Source: Pseudomonas aeruginosa
GTDB taxonomy: Bacteria; Pseudomonadota; Gammaproteobacteria; Pseudomonadales; Pseudomonadaceae
Direction of reading: 5' to 3'
NCBI RefSeq assembly: GCF_001457615.1
Contig: NZ_LN831024.1
Location: 510,001-542,000 of the forward strand
Length of the DNA: 32,000 bases
Of the stretch, positions 1 through 8,538 are shown piece after piece; position 1 is the stretch's first letter, and each line of letters starts with the position of its first letter. Position numbers and translations under genes: made by a program. Below the pieces are notes generated by a model that was given only the letters and a program-made list of their open reading frames with translations, did no database searches and was not told where the DNA came from.

Positions 1-336
1 CACATCGACGACAGCCTGGTCGGCCACCTCGCCGAAGAGGCCTACCAGCCGGAGTTCGGCGCCCGCGAGCTGAAGCGGCAGATCCGCCAGCAACTGGAGA
101 CGCGCCTGGCCACGGCGATGCTCAAGGGCGAGGTGAAAGAGGGCGAGACGGTCACCTTCTTCTACGACGCCAAGGACGGCGTCGGCTACCGCAAGGGCGC
201 CGCGCCGAAGCCGGCGGCACGCAAGAAATCCGGCGCCGGCGAGACGCCCAAGGGCCGCGCGACGGCGGCGAGGAAGCCGGCGGCGAAGAAAGGCGCCGCC
301 GCCAAGGGCAAGGCCGACAAGCCGAAGGCCAAGTGA
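1..336 (+). CDS. clpG: 3' end of a Clp/Hsp100-family AAA+ chaperone (ClpG/ClpB-like disaggregase); the CDS enters from the left edge of the window
   Basis: Frame 1 is open from base 1 and stops at TGA 334-336. The translation HIDDSLVGHLAEEAYQPEFGARELKRQIRQQLETRLA carries the GAR-L-R-I C-terminal small-domain motif of Clp ATPases, followed by a Lys/Ala/Pro-rich tail. Its position just upstream of creBCD matches my memory of PA0459 (ClpG) in P. aeruginosa. Confidence 0.75.
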   Translation, partial: HIDDSLVGHLAEEAYQPEFGARELKRQIRQQLETRLATAMLKGEVKEGETVTFFYDAKDGVGYRKGAAPKPAARKKSGAGETPKGRATAARKPAAKKGAAAKGKADKPKAK

Positions 337-437
337 CCCGACCAAGGTTGGGGAACAAGGCACCGGCCGGTCGGTCGAAATCTCACCCCGGCCTGCGAAT
401 GCGGCCGGGGCGTTCGATATCTCATGAGGAATTGCCG

Positions 438-1016
438 ATGCGCGTCACCACCCACGCTACCCTGGCCGCGGCCCTGCTGCTCAGCGCCGCCTCCGCGTTC
501 GCCTTCAATCTCGGGGATGCCGCCAAGGCGGTCGCCGGGGCATCCCAGGGCGACTCCGCCCAGGTAGCCACCACCCCGCAGACCAGCGGTCTGCTCGGCG
601 CACTCACCGGCCAGCTCGGGGTCAGCCAGGAGCAGGCGGTCGGCGGTACCGGCGCCCTGCTCGGCCTGGCCAAGAACCAGTTGGCCGGCAACGATTATTC
701 GCAACTGGTTAAGACCATCCCCGGCCTCGACAAGCTGGCCGGCAACAACGCCCTGGCCGGTCTCGGCGGGCTCGGCAACGTGCTCGGCAAGAGCGGCGGC
801 GACAGCAAGGGCCTCGGTTCGCTGCTCGGCAATGCGGACAGCATGGGCGACGTGAACAAGGCCTTCGGCACCCTGGGCATGGATAGCGGGATGACCGAGA
901 AGTTCGCCCAGGTGCTGGTCGACTACTTCGGCAAGCAGGGCGCCAACAGCGAGCTGCTGGGCAGCCTGAGCAATCTCTGGGGAGTGAGCAAGGCGGGCGG
1001 CTCGTCGCTGCTCTGA
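438..1016 (+). CDS. Secreted Gly/Leu-rich hypothetical protein (DUF2780-like)
   Basis: ATG at 438 sits 7 nt after GAGGA (426-430). The N-terminus MRVTTHATLAAALLLSAASAFA looks like a signal peptide. The body is rich in LLG/LGG motifs. The ORF-track start at 333 (GTG) has no RBS and adds an Arg/Pro-rich leader. Confidence 0.7.
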   Translation: MRVTTHATLAAALLLSAASAFAFNLGDAAKAVAGASQGDSAQVATTPQTSGLLGALTGQLGVSQEQAVGGTGALLGLAKNQLAGNDYSQLVKTIPGLDKLAGNNALAGLGGLGNVLGKSGGDSKGLGSLLGNADSMGDVNKAFGTLGMDSGMTEKFAQVLVDYFGKQGANSELLGSLSNLWGVSKAGGSSLL

Positions 1017-1033
1017 TCTGCCGCCAGCGGATC

Positions 1034-1142
1034 GGCGGATAACCGCGCTGCGGTTATTCGCCCTACGAAGTGGGTGCGGCGCCCGGATATTCGTTGCCCG
1101 CACCGGTAGGGCGAATAACGCCCCCGGCGTTATCCGCCCTAC
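1034..1142. repeat. Two inverted copies of a REP-like palindromic element between convergent genes
   Basis: GGCGGATAACCGCGCTGCGGTTATTCGCCCTAC (1034-1066) and GTAGGGCGAATAACGCCCCCGGCGTTATCCGCCCTAC (1106-1142). Each is an imperfect hairpin. The same family recurs at 9513-9550 and 19273-19303. Confidence 0.8.
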
Positions 1143-1168
1143 GAGATGGGTGTGCTTCGGCCGGTACT

Positions 1169-2056
1169 TCAGCGCAGTTGCCGCAAGCGGGCGATGCGTT
1201 CGTCCTTTTCTTCCCACATGCGCGAGACCCATTCCTGCACGTACTGGCGGAACACCGGGTCGTTCTCGTAGTCGCCCTGCCACAGGGCGGGATCGATCGG
1301 GCGGGTCTGGATGTCGACGATCACCTTCGGCACCCGTCCGCAGAGCAGGTCCCAGAATCCCGGCACCTTGTCGCTCGGGTAGACCACGGTGACGTCGAGC
1401 AGGGCGTCCAGTTGCTCGCCCAGCGCGGCGAGGACGAAGGCCACCCCGCCGGCCTTGGGCTTGAGCAGGTGGCGATAGGGCGACTGTTGCCGGGCCTTCT
1501 TCTGCTCGCTGAAACGCGTGCCTTCCAGGTAGTTCACCACGGTCACCGGGATGCGCTTGAACTTCTCGCAGGCGGCCTTGGTGATCTCCAGGTCCTTGCC
1601 CTTGAGTTCCGGGTGCTTCTCCAGGAAGGCCTTGGAATAGCGCTTCATGAACGGATACTCCAGCGCCCACCAGGCCAGGCCGAGGAAGGGCACCCAGATC
1701 AGCTCCTTCTTGAGGAAGAACTTGAAGTACGGGGTGCGCCGGTTGAACACCTGGATCAACGCGGGGATGTCGACCCAGGACTGGTGGTTGCTCACCACCA
1801 GGTACGAGGTGTCCTGGCGCAGGTCGCTGGCGCCGCGCACGTCCCAGACCGTCGGCGTGCAGGTGGCGAAGATCCACTTGTCGATCTCCGCCCAGGTCTC
1901 GGCGATCCACATCACGCCCCTGGAGCAGAGGTCTTTCAGGCGCTGGCCGGGGAGCACCAGCTTGAGCAGTGCGATCAGCATCATCGGGCCGATCAGGATC
2001 AGCGTGTTGAGAAGCAGCAGAAGGCTGCTGGTCAGGCCGGTCAACAGTTCCCGCAT
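1169..2056 (-). CDS. Membrane-anchored acyltransferase (PlsC/YihG-like lysophospholipid acyltransferase family)
   Basis: Start ATG 2056 (MRELLTGLTSSLLLLLNTLILIG, N-terminal TM segment). HX4D motif NHQSWVD and EGTR motif (NYLEGTRF) are present. The longer track ORF (to 2260) adds an Arg-rich leader with no support. Confidence 0.8.
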   Translation of the reverse strand: MRELLTGLTSSLLLLLNTLILIGPMMLIALLKLVLPGQRLKDLCSRGVMWIAETWAEIDKWIFATCTPTVWDVRGASDLRQDTSYLVVSNHQSWVDIPALIQVFNRRTPYFKFFLKKELIWVPFLGLAWWALEYPFMKRYSKAFLEKHPELKGKDLEITKAACEKFKRIPVTVVNYLEGTRFSEQKKARQQSPYRHLLKPKAGGVAFVLAALGEQLDALLDVTVVYPSDKVPGFWDLLCGRVPKVIVDIQTRPIDPALWQGDYENDPVFRQYVQEWVSRMWEEKDERIARLRQLR

Positions 2057-2198
2057 GGTTGGTTTCCCTGTCCTGGGTGTGGGTCGACGCGGCCCATCAT
2101 ACGCATCCGCGCCGCGCCGCCCAAGCCGCCGGCGTGGCGAACGAAACCGCGCCGTGCTAGTCCTATGTGGACCTCGTATCACTTCAGGAGATGCCCGC

Positions 2199-2708
2199 GT
2201 GAAGCGTGCCCTTGCCTTGCTCTCGCTGTTCGCCCTGCCGGTCCTCGCCGCCGAACCCAACCTCTACGGCCGCTACGAATGGGTCTCCCTGCCGGAGCTG
2301 GACCGTACCCTGCAGGCGAAGATGGACACCGGCGCCTACACCTCCTCGCTGTCGGCCAAGGACATCGAGTTGTTCCAGCGCGACGGCGAGGAGTGGGTGC
2401 GCTTCCGGCTGGCCACCAAGGAGGCCGACGGCTCGGTGTTCGAGCACAAGCTGGCGCGCATCGGCAAGATCAAGAACCGCGCCGACAACCGCAACGGCGA
2501 GGACGAGGATGAGGACCGCCTGAGCGAACGCCCGGTGATCGACCTGCAGGTCTGCCTGGGCGGAGCGATGAAGACCATCGAGGTCAACCTCACCGACCGC
2601 AGCGCCTTCAACTATCCGTTCCTGATGGGCACCAAGGGCTTGCGCAAATTCCACGTCGCGGTCGATCCCTCCGAGCGCTTCGTCGCCGACAAGCCCACCT
2701 GCAAGTAA
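2199..2708 (+). CDS. Secreted retropepsin-like aspartic endopeptidase / putative ATP-dependent zinc protease family (DUF785)
   Basis: GTG 2199 lies 8 nt after CAGGAG (2185-2190). Signal peptide MKRALALLSLFALPVLAAEP. D-T-G signature in AKMDTGAYTSSL. Acidic insert NGEDEDEDRLSE. Confidence 0.7.
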   Translation: MKRALALLSLFALPVLAAEPNLYGRYEWVSLPELDRTLQAKMDTGAYTSSLSAKDIELFQRDGEEWVRFRLATKEADGSVFEHKLARIGKIKNRADNRNGEDEDEDRLSERPVIDLQVCLGGAMKTIEVNLTDRSAFNYPFLMGTKGLRKFHVAVDPSERFVADKPTCK

Positions 2709-2792
2709 GCGTCCTACGCCACCGGCGGCGCGATTGACGCGCGCGCCGGCTTGCGGCACCGTTCCGGCATTCCCGTCAGCCGCCGTCACGCC

Positions 2793-3482
2793 ATGCCGCA
2801 TATCCTGATCGTCGAAGATGAAGCCGCGATTGCCGACACCCTGCTCTACGCCCTGCAGGCCGAAGGCTTCGCCACCACCTGGGTGACCCTCGCCGGCGAG
2901 GCGCTGGCGTTGCAGGAGCGCCAGCCGGCGGATCTGCTGATCCTCGACGTCGGTCTGCCGGACATCAGCGGTTTCGAGGCCTGCAAGCGCCTGCGGCGGT
3001 TCTCCGAGGTGCCGGTGATCTTCCTCACCGCGCGCGATGCCGAGATCGACCGCGTGGTCGGCCTGGAGATCGGCGCCGACGACTACGTGGTCAAGCCGTT
3101 CAGCCCGCGCGAGGTGGCGGCTCGGGTCAAGGCCATCCTCAAGCGCATGGCGCCGCGCCCGGCGGCGCTGGAAGGGGCCGCGCCGAGCGGGCCGTTCCAG
3201 GTCGACGAGGAGCGCGTGCGGATCCACTACCGCGACACCCCGCTCAACCTCACCCGCCACGAGTTCCGCCTGTTGCAGACGCTGCTCGGGCAGCCCGAGC
3301 GGGTATTCAGCCGCGAGCAGTTGCTCGACGCCCTCGGCGTCGCCAGCGAGGCCGGCTACGAGCGCAACATCGACAGCCACATCAAGAGCCTGCGCGCCAA
3401 GCTGCGCCAGGTGAACGAACGCGGCGAAGCGATCCAGACCCATCGCGGCCTGGGCTACAGCTACAGCCCGGACCACGCCTGA
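2793..3482 (+). CDS. creB: OmpR-family response regulator CreB
   Basis: MPHILIVEDE receiver domain with DVGLPD phospho-acceptor region, plus a C-terminal winged-helix (RGLGYSY). 229 aa, the same length as E. coli CreB. The stop overlaps the creC ATG by 1 nt. Confidence 0.9.
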   Translation: MPHILIVEDEAAIADTLLYALQAEGFATTWVTLAGEALALQERQPADLLILDVGLPDISGFEACKRLRRFSEVPVIFLTARDAEIDRVVGLEIGADDYVVKPFSPREVAARVKAILKRMAPRPAALEGAAPSGPFQVDEERVRIHYRDTPLNLTRHEFRLLQTLLGQPERVFSREQLLDALGVASEAGYERNIDSHIKSLRAKLRQVNERGEAIQTHRGLGYSYSPDHA

Positions 3483-4906
3483 TGCCGCTCGGCGTTCGGA
3501 TCTTCCTGGTCTACTTCCTGTTCGTCGGTCTCACCGGCTACTTCGTGCTGAGCACGGTGATGGACGAAGTGCGCCCCGGCGTGCGCCAGTCCACCGAGGA
3601 AACCCTGGTGGACACCGCCAACCTGCTCGCCGAGATCCTCCGCCAGGACGTGAAGAACGGCACCCTGGCACAGAGCGACCTGCCGGAGATGCTCGAGGAC
3701 TACGGCAAGCGCGTGCCGCAGGCGGATATCTGGGGCTTGCGCAAGGAGGCGGTGAACCACCGCATCTACGTCACCGACGCCAGCGGCAAGGTGCTGCTGG
3801 ACTCCGCCGGGGTGGCTGTCGGCCAGGACTATTCGCGCTGGAACGACGTCTACCTGACTCTCCGGGGCCAGTACGGCGCGCGCTCCAGCCGCGAAGACCC
3901 GGACGACCCGGATTCCTCGGTGATGTACGTGGCGGCGCCGATCAAGGATGGCGGGAAGATCATCGGGGTGGTTTCGGTGGCCAAGCCGAACAGCAGCCTG
4001 CAACCCTACATCGACCGCTCGCAGCGGCGCCTGGCCTGGCTCGGTGCCGGGCTGATCGCCCTCGGGCTGCTGGTCGGCGGCCTGCTCTCCTGGTGGCTCA
4101 GCGGCGCGCTGCGGCGCCTCACCCAGTACGCACAGGCGGTCAGCGAGGGGCGCCGCGCCGAGCTGCCGCGCTATCGCGGCGGCGAGATGGCGCAACTGGC
4201 CGACGCGGTGGAACGCATGCGCACGCAACTGGAAGGCAAGGACTACGTCGAGCGCTACGTGCATACCCTGACCCACGAACTGAAGAGCCCATTGGCGGCG
4301 ATCCGTGGCGCCGCCGAGTTGCTCGACGGCGAGATGCCGGCCGAGCAGCGGGCGCGCTTCGTCGGCAACATCGCCGGCGAGAGCGAGCGCCTGCAACAAC
4401 TGATCGAGCGCCTGCTGAGCCTGGCCCAGGTGGAGCAGCGGCAAGGCCTGGAGGAGGTCGGCAAGGTCGACCTGCGGGAGATCGCCGCGTCCCTGCTGGA
4501 AGGCCAGGCGGCGCGTATCCAGCGCCAGCGATTGCGGGTGGAGAACCGCCTGGAAGGTCCCTGCGAGGTTCGCGGCGAGCAGTTCCTGCTGCGCCAGGCG
4601 CTGGCCAACCTGCTCGACAACGCCCTCGACTTCACCCCGCCCGGCGGCATCCTTCGCCTGCTCGCCGAGGTCGACGGCGAGGGTATCGCCTTGCGCCTGT
4701 TCAACCAGGGGCCGGCGATTCCCGACTACGCCCTGGCGCGCCTCACCGAACGCTTCTACTCGCTGCCGCGCCCGGCCAGCGGGCGCAAGAGCACCGGGCT
4801 GGGACTGAACTTCGTCGCCGAGGTGGCGCAACTGCATGGCGGCCGGTTGCAGGTCGGCAACCGCGACGACGGCGTCGAGGCGCTGCTCTGGCTGCCGCGC
4901 GGCTGA
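3482..4906 (+). CDS. creC: Sensor histidine kinase CreC
   Basis: 474 aa. N-terminal TM segment, periplasmic domain, second TM segment, H-box HELKSPLAAIRGAAELL, and N/G boxes (LLDNALDFTP, GLGLNFV). Translationally coupled to creB. Confidence 0.9.
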   Translation: MPLGVRIFLVYFLFVGLTGYFVLSTVMDEVRPGVRQSTEETLVDTANLLAEILRQDVKNGTLAQSDLPEMLEDYGKRVPQADIWGLRKEAVNHRIYVTDASGKVLLDSAGVAVGQDYSRWNDVYLTLRGQYGARSSREDPDDPDSSVMYVAAPIKDGGKIIGVVSVAKPNSSLQPYIDRSQRRLAWLGAGLIALGLLVGGLLSWWLSGALRRLTQYAQAVSEGRRAELPRYRGGEMAQLADAVERMRTQLEGKDYVERYVHTLTHELKSPLAAIRGAAELLDGEMPAEQRARFVGNIAGESERLQQLIERLLSLAQVEQRQGLEEVGKVDLREIAASLLEGQAARIQRQRLRVENRLEGPCEVRGEQFLLRQALANLLDNALDFTPPGGILRLLAEVDGEGIALRLFNQGPAIPDYALARLTERFYSLPRPASGRKSTGLGLNFVAEVAQLHGGRLQVGNRDDGVEALLWLPRG

Positions 4907-4911
4907 GGCGC

Positions 4912-4939
4912 CTCCACGGAAACTCCATCGACTCTCCAC
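4912..4939 (+). promoter_or_regulatory. Three direct repeats CTCCAC/CTCCAT/CTCCAC with 11-bp phasing; candidate CreB (cre-tag-like) binding site upstream of creD
   Basis: CTCCAC at 4912, CTCCAT at 4923 and CTCCAC at 4934. The spacing is exactly one helical turn, 70-97 nt upstream of the creD ATG. It resembles the E. coli cre tag TTCACnnnnnnTTCAC. Confidence 0.4.
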
Positions 4940-5008
4940 ACGGCGACCCGAAGCCCGCCATCGCGGCGCCGCAGACTTTCCGCCATCACCCCGACGGAGA
5001 GTCCCCCC

Positions 5009-6367
5009 ATGAACCGCACGCTGGCCTACAAGCTCGGCGCCATCGCCCTACTCATCCTGCTATTGCTGATTCCCCTGTTGATGATCGACGGCCTGATCCG
5101 CGATCGCCAGGAGGTTCGTGACGGCGTGCTGCAGGATATCGCCCGCAGCTCCAGCTACAGCCAGCGCCTCACCGGCCCGCTGCTGGTGGTGCCGTACCGC
5201 AGGACGGTGCGCGAGTGGGTCACCGAGGAGAAGACCGAGAAGCGCGTGTTGCAGGAGCGCGAGCAGCGCGGCGAGCTGTACTTCCTGCCCGACCGCTTCG
5301 CCCTCGACGGGCAGATGCGCACCGAGCTGCGCTACCGTGGCATCTACCAGGCGCGCCTGTACCACGTCGACAACAAGGTTGCCGGCTACTTCCAGGTGCC
5401 TGCGCACTATGGCATCGAAGAAGACCTGGAGGACTACCAGTTCGAAACGCCGTTCCTGGCGATGGGCATCAGCGACATCCGCGGCATCGAGAATGCCCTG
5501 CGCCTGTCCCTCAACGGTGCCAGCGTCGACTTCGAGCCGGGTAGCCGGGTCGGCCTGCTCGGCAGCGGTGTGCACGCACCGCTGCAAGGCGTCGACGGGC
5601 GCCAGGCGCAGCGCCTGGAGTACGCCTTCGACCTGTCGTTGCTCGGCAGCGAGCGGCTGGACATCGTGCCGGTGGGCCGCGACAGCCAGGTCATCCTGAA
5701 GGCCGACTGGCCGCACCCGAGCTTCGGCGGCGAGTTCCTGCCCAGCGAGCGGGAGATCACCGCCCAGGGCTTCACCGCGCGCTGGCAGACCAGCTTCTTC
5801 GCCACCAACATGGAAGAGGCGCTGCGCAGTTGCGTGGAGGAGCAGCGTTGCGACGGCTTCCAGGCGCGCGCCTTCGGCGTCGGCCTGGTCGATCCGGTGG
5901 ACCAGTACCTGAAGGCCGACCGCGCGATCAAGTACGCGCTGCTGTTCATCACCCTGACCTTCGCCGGCTTCTTCCTCTTCGAGGTGCTCAAGCGCCTGGC
6001 GGTACACCCGGTCCAGTACGCGCTGGTCGGCCTGGCGCTGGCGTTCTTCTACCTGCTGCTGCTGTCGCTGGCCGAGCACGTCGGCTTCGAGCTGGCCTAC
6101 CTGGTCTCCGCCGGAGCCTGCGTCGGCCTGATCGGCTTCTACCTGTGCTTCGTCCTGCGCAGCGTGGCCCGAGGGCTGGGCTTCAGCGCCGGCCTGGCAG
6201 GGCTGTACGGCCTGCTCTACGGCTTGCTGAGCGCGGAGGACTACGCCTTGCTGATGGGCTCGCTGCTGCTGTTCGCGGTGCTTGCCGCGGTGATGGTGCT
6301 GACCCGCCGCCTGGACTGGTACGGGGTCGGCCGCAAGGACTTCCCGGCGGTACCCGCCAGGGCCTGA
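5009..6367 (+). CDS. creD: Inner-membrane protein CreD
   Basis: 452 aa. GGAGA RBS at 4996-5000. N-terminal TM segment, large periplasmic domain and a C-terminal cluster of TM helices. Position directly downstream of creBC. Confidence 0.9.
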   Translation: MNRTLAYKLGAIALLILLLLIPLLMIDGLIRDRQEVRDGVLQDIARSSSYSQRLTGPLLVVPYRRTVREWVTEEKTEKRVLQEREQRGELYFLPDRFALDGQMRTELRYRGIYQARLYHVDNKVAGYFQVPAHYGIEEDLEDYQFETPFLAMGISDIRGIENALRLSLNGASVDFEPGSRVGLLGSGVHAPLQGVDGRQAQRLEYAFDLSLLGSERLDIVPVGRDSQVILKADWPHPSFGGEFLPSEREITAQGFTARWQTSFFATNMEEALRSCVEEQRCDGFQARAFGVGLVDPVDQYLKADRAIKYALLFITLTFAGFFLFEVLKRLAVHPVQYALVGLALAFFYLLLLSLAEHVGFELAYLVSAGACVGLIGFYLCFVLRSVARGLGFSAGLAGLYGLLYGLLSAEDYALLMGSLLLFAVLAAVMVLTRRLDWYGVGRKDFPAVPARA

Positions 6368-6416
6368 CGACGAAGGCGGCGGCGCCGGCCGCCGCCGATT
6401 TCCAAGGAGGAAAAGC

Positions 6417-6719
6417 ATGCGCCTGTTCTTCGAGTTCACCCTCTGTGCCGCCCTCGGCCTGCTGGTCAGCGGCGTGATCCTGATCTTTCTGCTGTTCTTC
6501 GGCAAGTTCGGCCTGATCGAGTACTGGATCGCCAGCGGCAAGCCCCTGGCCCACGCCATGCTGGTGCTGATGCCGGACGGATTCTGGGAAGGCCTCAGCG
6601 GCATCGAGGGCGCCGCCGGCAATCCGCACGTGCGCTCCTTCCTGGAGCTTTGCATGGGGCTCGGACAGAGCGCGCTGTTGCTGGGCCTGCTGCTGTTCCG
6701 CCTGGTGTGCTGGAAATGA
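6417..6719 (+). CDS. Small hypothetical membrane protein (100 aa)
   Basis: Strong SD AAGGAGG (6404-6410) 6 nt before the ATG. Two hydrophobic segments (residues about 5-28 and 75-97). Confidence 0.6.
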   Translation: MRLFFEFTLCAALGLLVSGVILIFLLFFGKFGLIEYWIASGKPLAHAMLVLMPDGFWEGLSGIEGAAGNPHVRSFLELCMGLGQSALLLGLLLFRLVCWK

Positions 6720-6863
6720 ACGGCTATGTCGGCCTGCGCGACGACCGTCGCGACGGCGAGCGCCTGGCGGCGCGGATCGGCCTGCTGTTCCCCGGCCCCT
6801 CGGCGGCCTGGCTGCAACGCGCCGAGCGCCTGCGGCGGCAGCAGGCGTCGGCGGGCCTCGGGG

Positions 6864-7484
6864 TCAGGCGCGGGTGGCCTGCATCGACGGGCGCTGGCTG
6901 ACTTCGGCGAACCAGGCGGCGAGTCGCGGGTAGCGGCCGCGCCAGTCCCACTCCGGCTGGCGCAGGTCGAGATAGCCCAGGGCGCAGGCGACGCCGATGG
7001 CGGCGATGTCGAAGCGCGCCTGCAGTTCGGCGATGCAGTCGCCCTCCAGCCACGCCAGGGACCGCCCGATCTTTTCCCGCTGTGCTTCGAGCCAGGTGTC
7101 CCAGCGCTTCTCCTCGGGGCGGACGAAGGTTTCGTAGCGGGACAGCACCGCGGCGTCGAGGACGGCGTCCGCCAGCGAGGCGATGGTCAGGCGTCGCCAG
7201 CGGGCGCTGCCTTCGCGGGGGATCAGCGGTTCGCCGACGTGCTGCTGGTCGAAGTAGTCGCAGATCACCCGGCTGTCGTGCAGCACCTGGCCGTCCGGCA
7301 GGCGCAGGGCGGGAATCTTGCCGGCCGGGTTGCTGGCGTTGAGCTGCCGGATGGGCGCGACCGGCGTCGGCGTGACTTCCTCGAGCGCCACGCGCTCGCG
7401 TTGGCCGGTTTCGTGGAGCAGGACCAGGACCTTGCGCACGAAGGGCGAGGCGGCGGCGTAGAACAGCGTATGGGTAGCGCTCAT
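6864..7484 (-). CDS. Glutathione S-transferase-like protein
   Basis: 206 aa. AAGGAG RBS upstream of ATG 7484. Thioredoxin-fold N-terminus LFYAAASPFVRKVLVLLHETG and a GST C-terminal helical domain. Lies 19 nt downstream of the preceding gene on the same strand. Confidence 0.8.
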   Translation of the reverse strand: MSATHTLFYAAASPFVRKVLVLLHETGQRERVALEEVTPTPVAPIRQLNASNPAGKIPALRLPDGQVLHDSRVICDYFDQQHVGEPLIPREGSARWRRLTIASLADAVLDAAVLSRYETFVRPEEKRWDTWLEAQREKIGRSLAWLEGDCIAELQARFDIAAIGVACALGYLDLRQPEWDWRGRYPRLAAWFAEVSQRPSMQATRA

Positions 7485-7502
7485 GCGGGCTCCTTGGAAG
7501 GA

Positions 7503-8453
7503 TCAGTCGCGGACGACGCGCAGACGATCGGCGGCAGGCTCGGCGCTCCAGGTTTCTCCGGGGCGACCGCCGAGCAGGGCGTTGCCGGGCGCCGGCCGGT
7601 CGCTGGGCAGGACGCGGAATGTCGCCTGCTCACTGTCGAAACGCAAGAGCGCCCCGCTGGCGGCGTCGTGCAGCCAGACACGGTCCATGGCGTCGACCCG
7701 CAGGCTGTCCGGGCGGGCCTGGCTGTCCGGCAGCGGCCAGCTCTGCCACGAGGCATCGCTGGGATCGTAGCGGTACAGCCGGGCGCCACCGCTGTCGCTG
7801 GCCCAGAGCCTGCCGATGGAGTCGGCGCCGATCCCGCGCAAGGCCTTCGTGCCTTCAGGCGCGGGCAACCGCTCGGCGCTGCCGTCGAGCGGATCGACAT
7901 GCACCAGCGCGTCGTCCTGCGCGTACCAGACCTCGCCGTCCGGGGTGACGCAGATGCCGTTCGCCGCCTTGCCCTGGGGCGAGGGCCAGACCTCCACCAG
8001 GCGCCTGGCTGGGTCGAGGCGACCGTGGAAGCCGCGGCTGCCGGTGAACCAGAGGCGCCCGTCGTCGTCGAATACCGCGGACTCGAGCCCGGCCGGCGCG
8101 GCCTTGGCCGGTAGCGGGAAACGTTCGCTGCCCAGGCGCTCGCCGCCGATGCGAAGGATGGCGTTGAGGCCGCTGTCGAGCACCCAGGCGTTGCCGCTCT
8201 CGTCGCTGACGATGGCTCGCGGCCGCGCGCCTTCGCCGAGCGGCACCTGCACGCTCTCGCCACTGGTCGGGTCGAGGCGCCCCAGCGAATGCCCGCCGTC
8301 CGCGCCGTACCAGACCGCACCCTGTGCACTGGGCGCGACCGCGTAGGGCGCGGAGCCCTTGTCCAGCGGGTAGTACTGTTCGCCGGCCAGGGCGGCGCCG
8401 GTCGACGACAGGGCCAGGAACAGGCCCAGCAGCGGGTAGGGCAGGTGACGCAT
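7503..8453 (-). CDS. Secreted beta-propeller repeat protein (Vgb/streptogramin-lyase-like fold by repeat pattern)
   Basis: ATG 8453 with GGAGA RBS. Signal peptide MRHLPYPLLGLFLALSSTGAALA. Six to seven internal repeats of the form xxWxxxxxxxxLxRxDP (AVWYGADGGHSLGRLDP, RLWFTGSRGFHGRLDP, EVWYAQDDALVHVDP, RLWASDSGGARLYRYDP, RVWLHDAASGALLRFD and others). The track ORF to 8900 adds a Ser/Arg-rich artefact. Confidence 0.7.
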   Translation of the reverse strand: MRHLPYPLLGLFLALSSTGAALAGEQYYPLDKGSAPYAVAPSAQGAVWYGADGGHSLGRLDPTSGESVQVPLGEGARPRAIVSDESGNAWVLDSGLNAILRIGGERLGSERFPLPAKAAPAGLESAVFDDDGRLWFTGSRGFHGRLDPARRLVEVWPSPQGKAANGICVTPDGEVWYAQDDALVHVDPLDGSAERLPAPEGTKALRGIGADSIGRLWASDSGGARLYRYDPSDASWQSWPLPDSQARPDSLRVDAMDRVWLHDAASGALLRFDSEQATFRVLPSDRPAPGNALLGGRPGETWSAEPAADRLRVVRD

Positions 8454-8538
8454 ACGGTTCTCCCGGAACGACGAGCGGAACGTGGAAAGGCTCTGTCTTG
8501 CTATTCTGGCAGCGCATTGAGCATAGGAGGAACTGCGA

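Noticed and set aside
186-1910. 574-aa ORF on the - strand, and similar long ORFs (3461-4939 -, 5060-6817 -, 6726-8114 +, 8289-9560 +, 15322-17154 -, 15888-17267 +, 27914-29011 +, 29291-30673 +)
   Set aside because: All overlap genes with clear family signatures in another frame or strand. All have Arg/Pro/Ala/Gly-dominated compositions, lack ribosome-binding sites and have no recognisable motifs. They are standard high-GC open-frame artefacts.
2751-2792. Upstream-extended starts given by the ORF track (creB TTG 2751, glcB GTG 23867, modE 28777, ComF-like ATG 29920, hydrolase 20317, PA0460-like GTG 333)
   Set aside because: The extensions lack an SD, add Arg/Pro-rich or otherwise atypical leaders, and move conserved N-terminal motifs away from their usual position. 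Downstream ATG/GTG codons with SD sequences were preferred.
8454-8538. TGGCAG-N5-TGAGC in the divergent region between the propeller gene and the PP2C-like gene, considered as a sigma54 promoter
   Set aside because: The -12 element lacks the invariant GC at the correct spacing, so it is only a partial -24 match.
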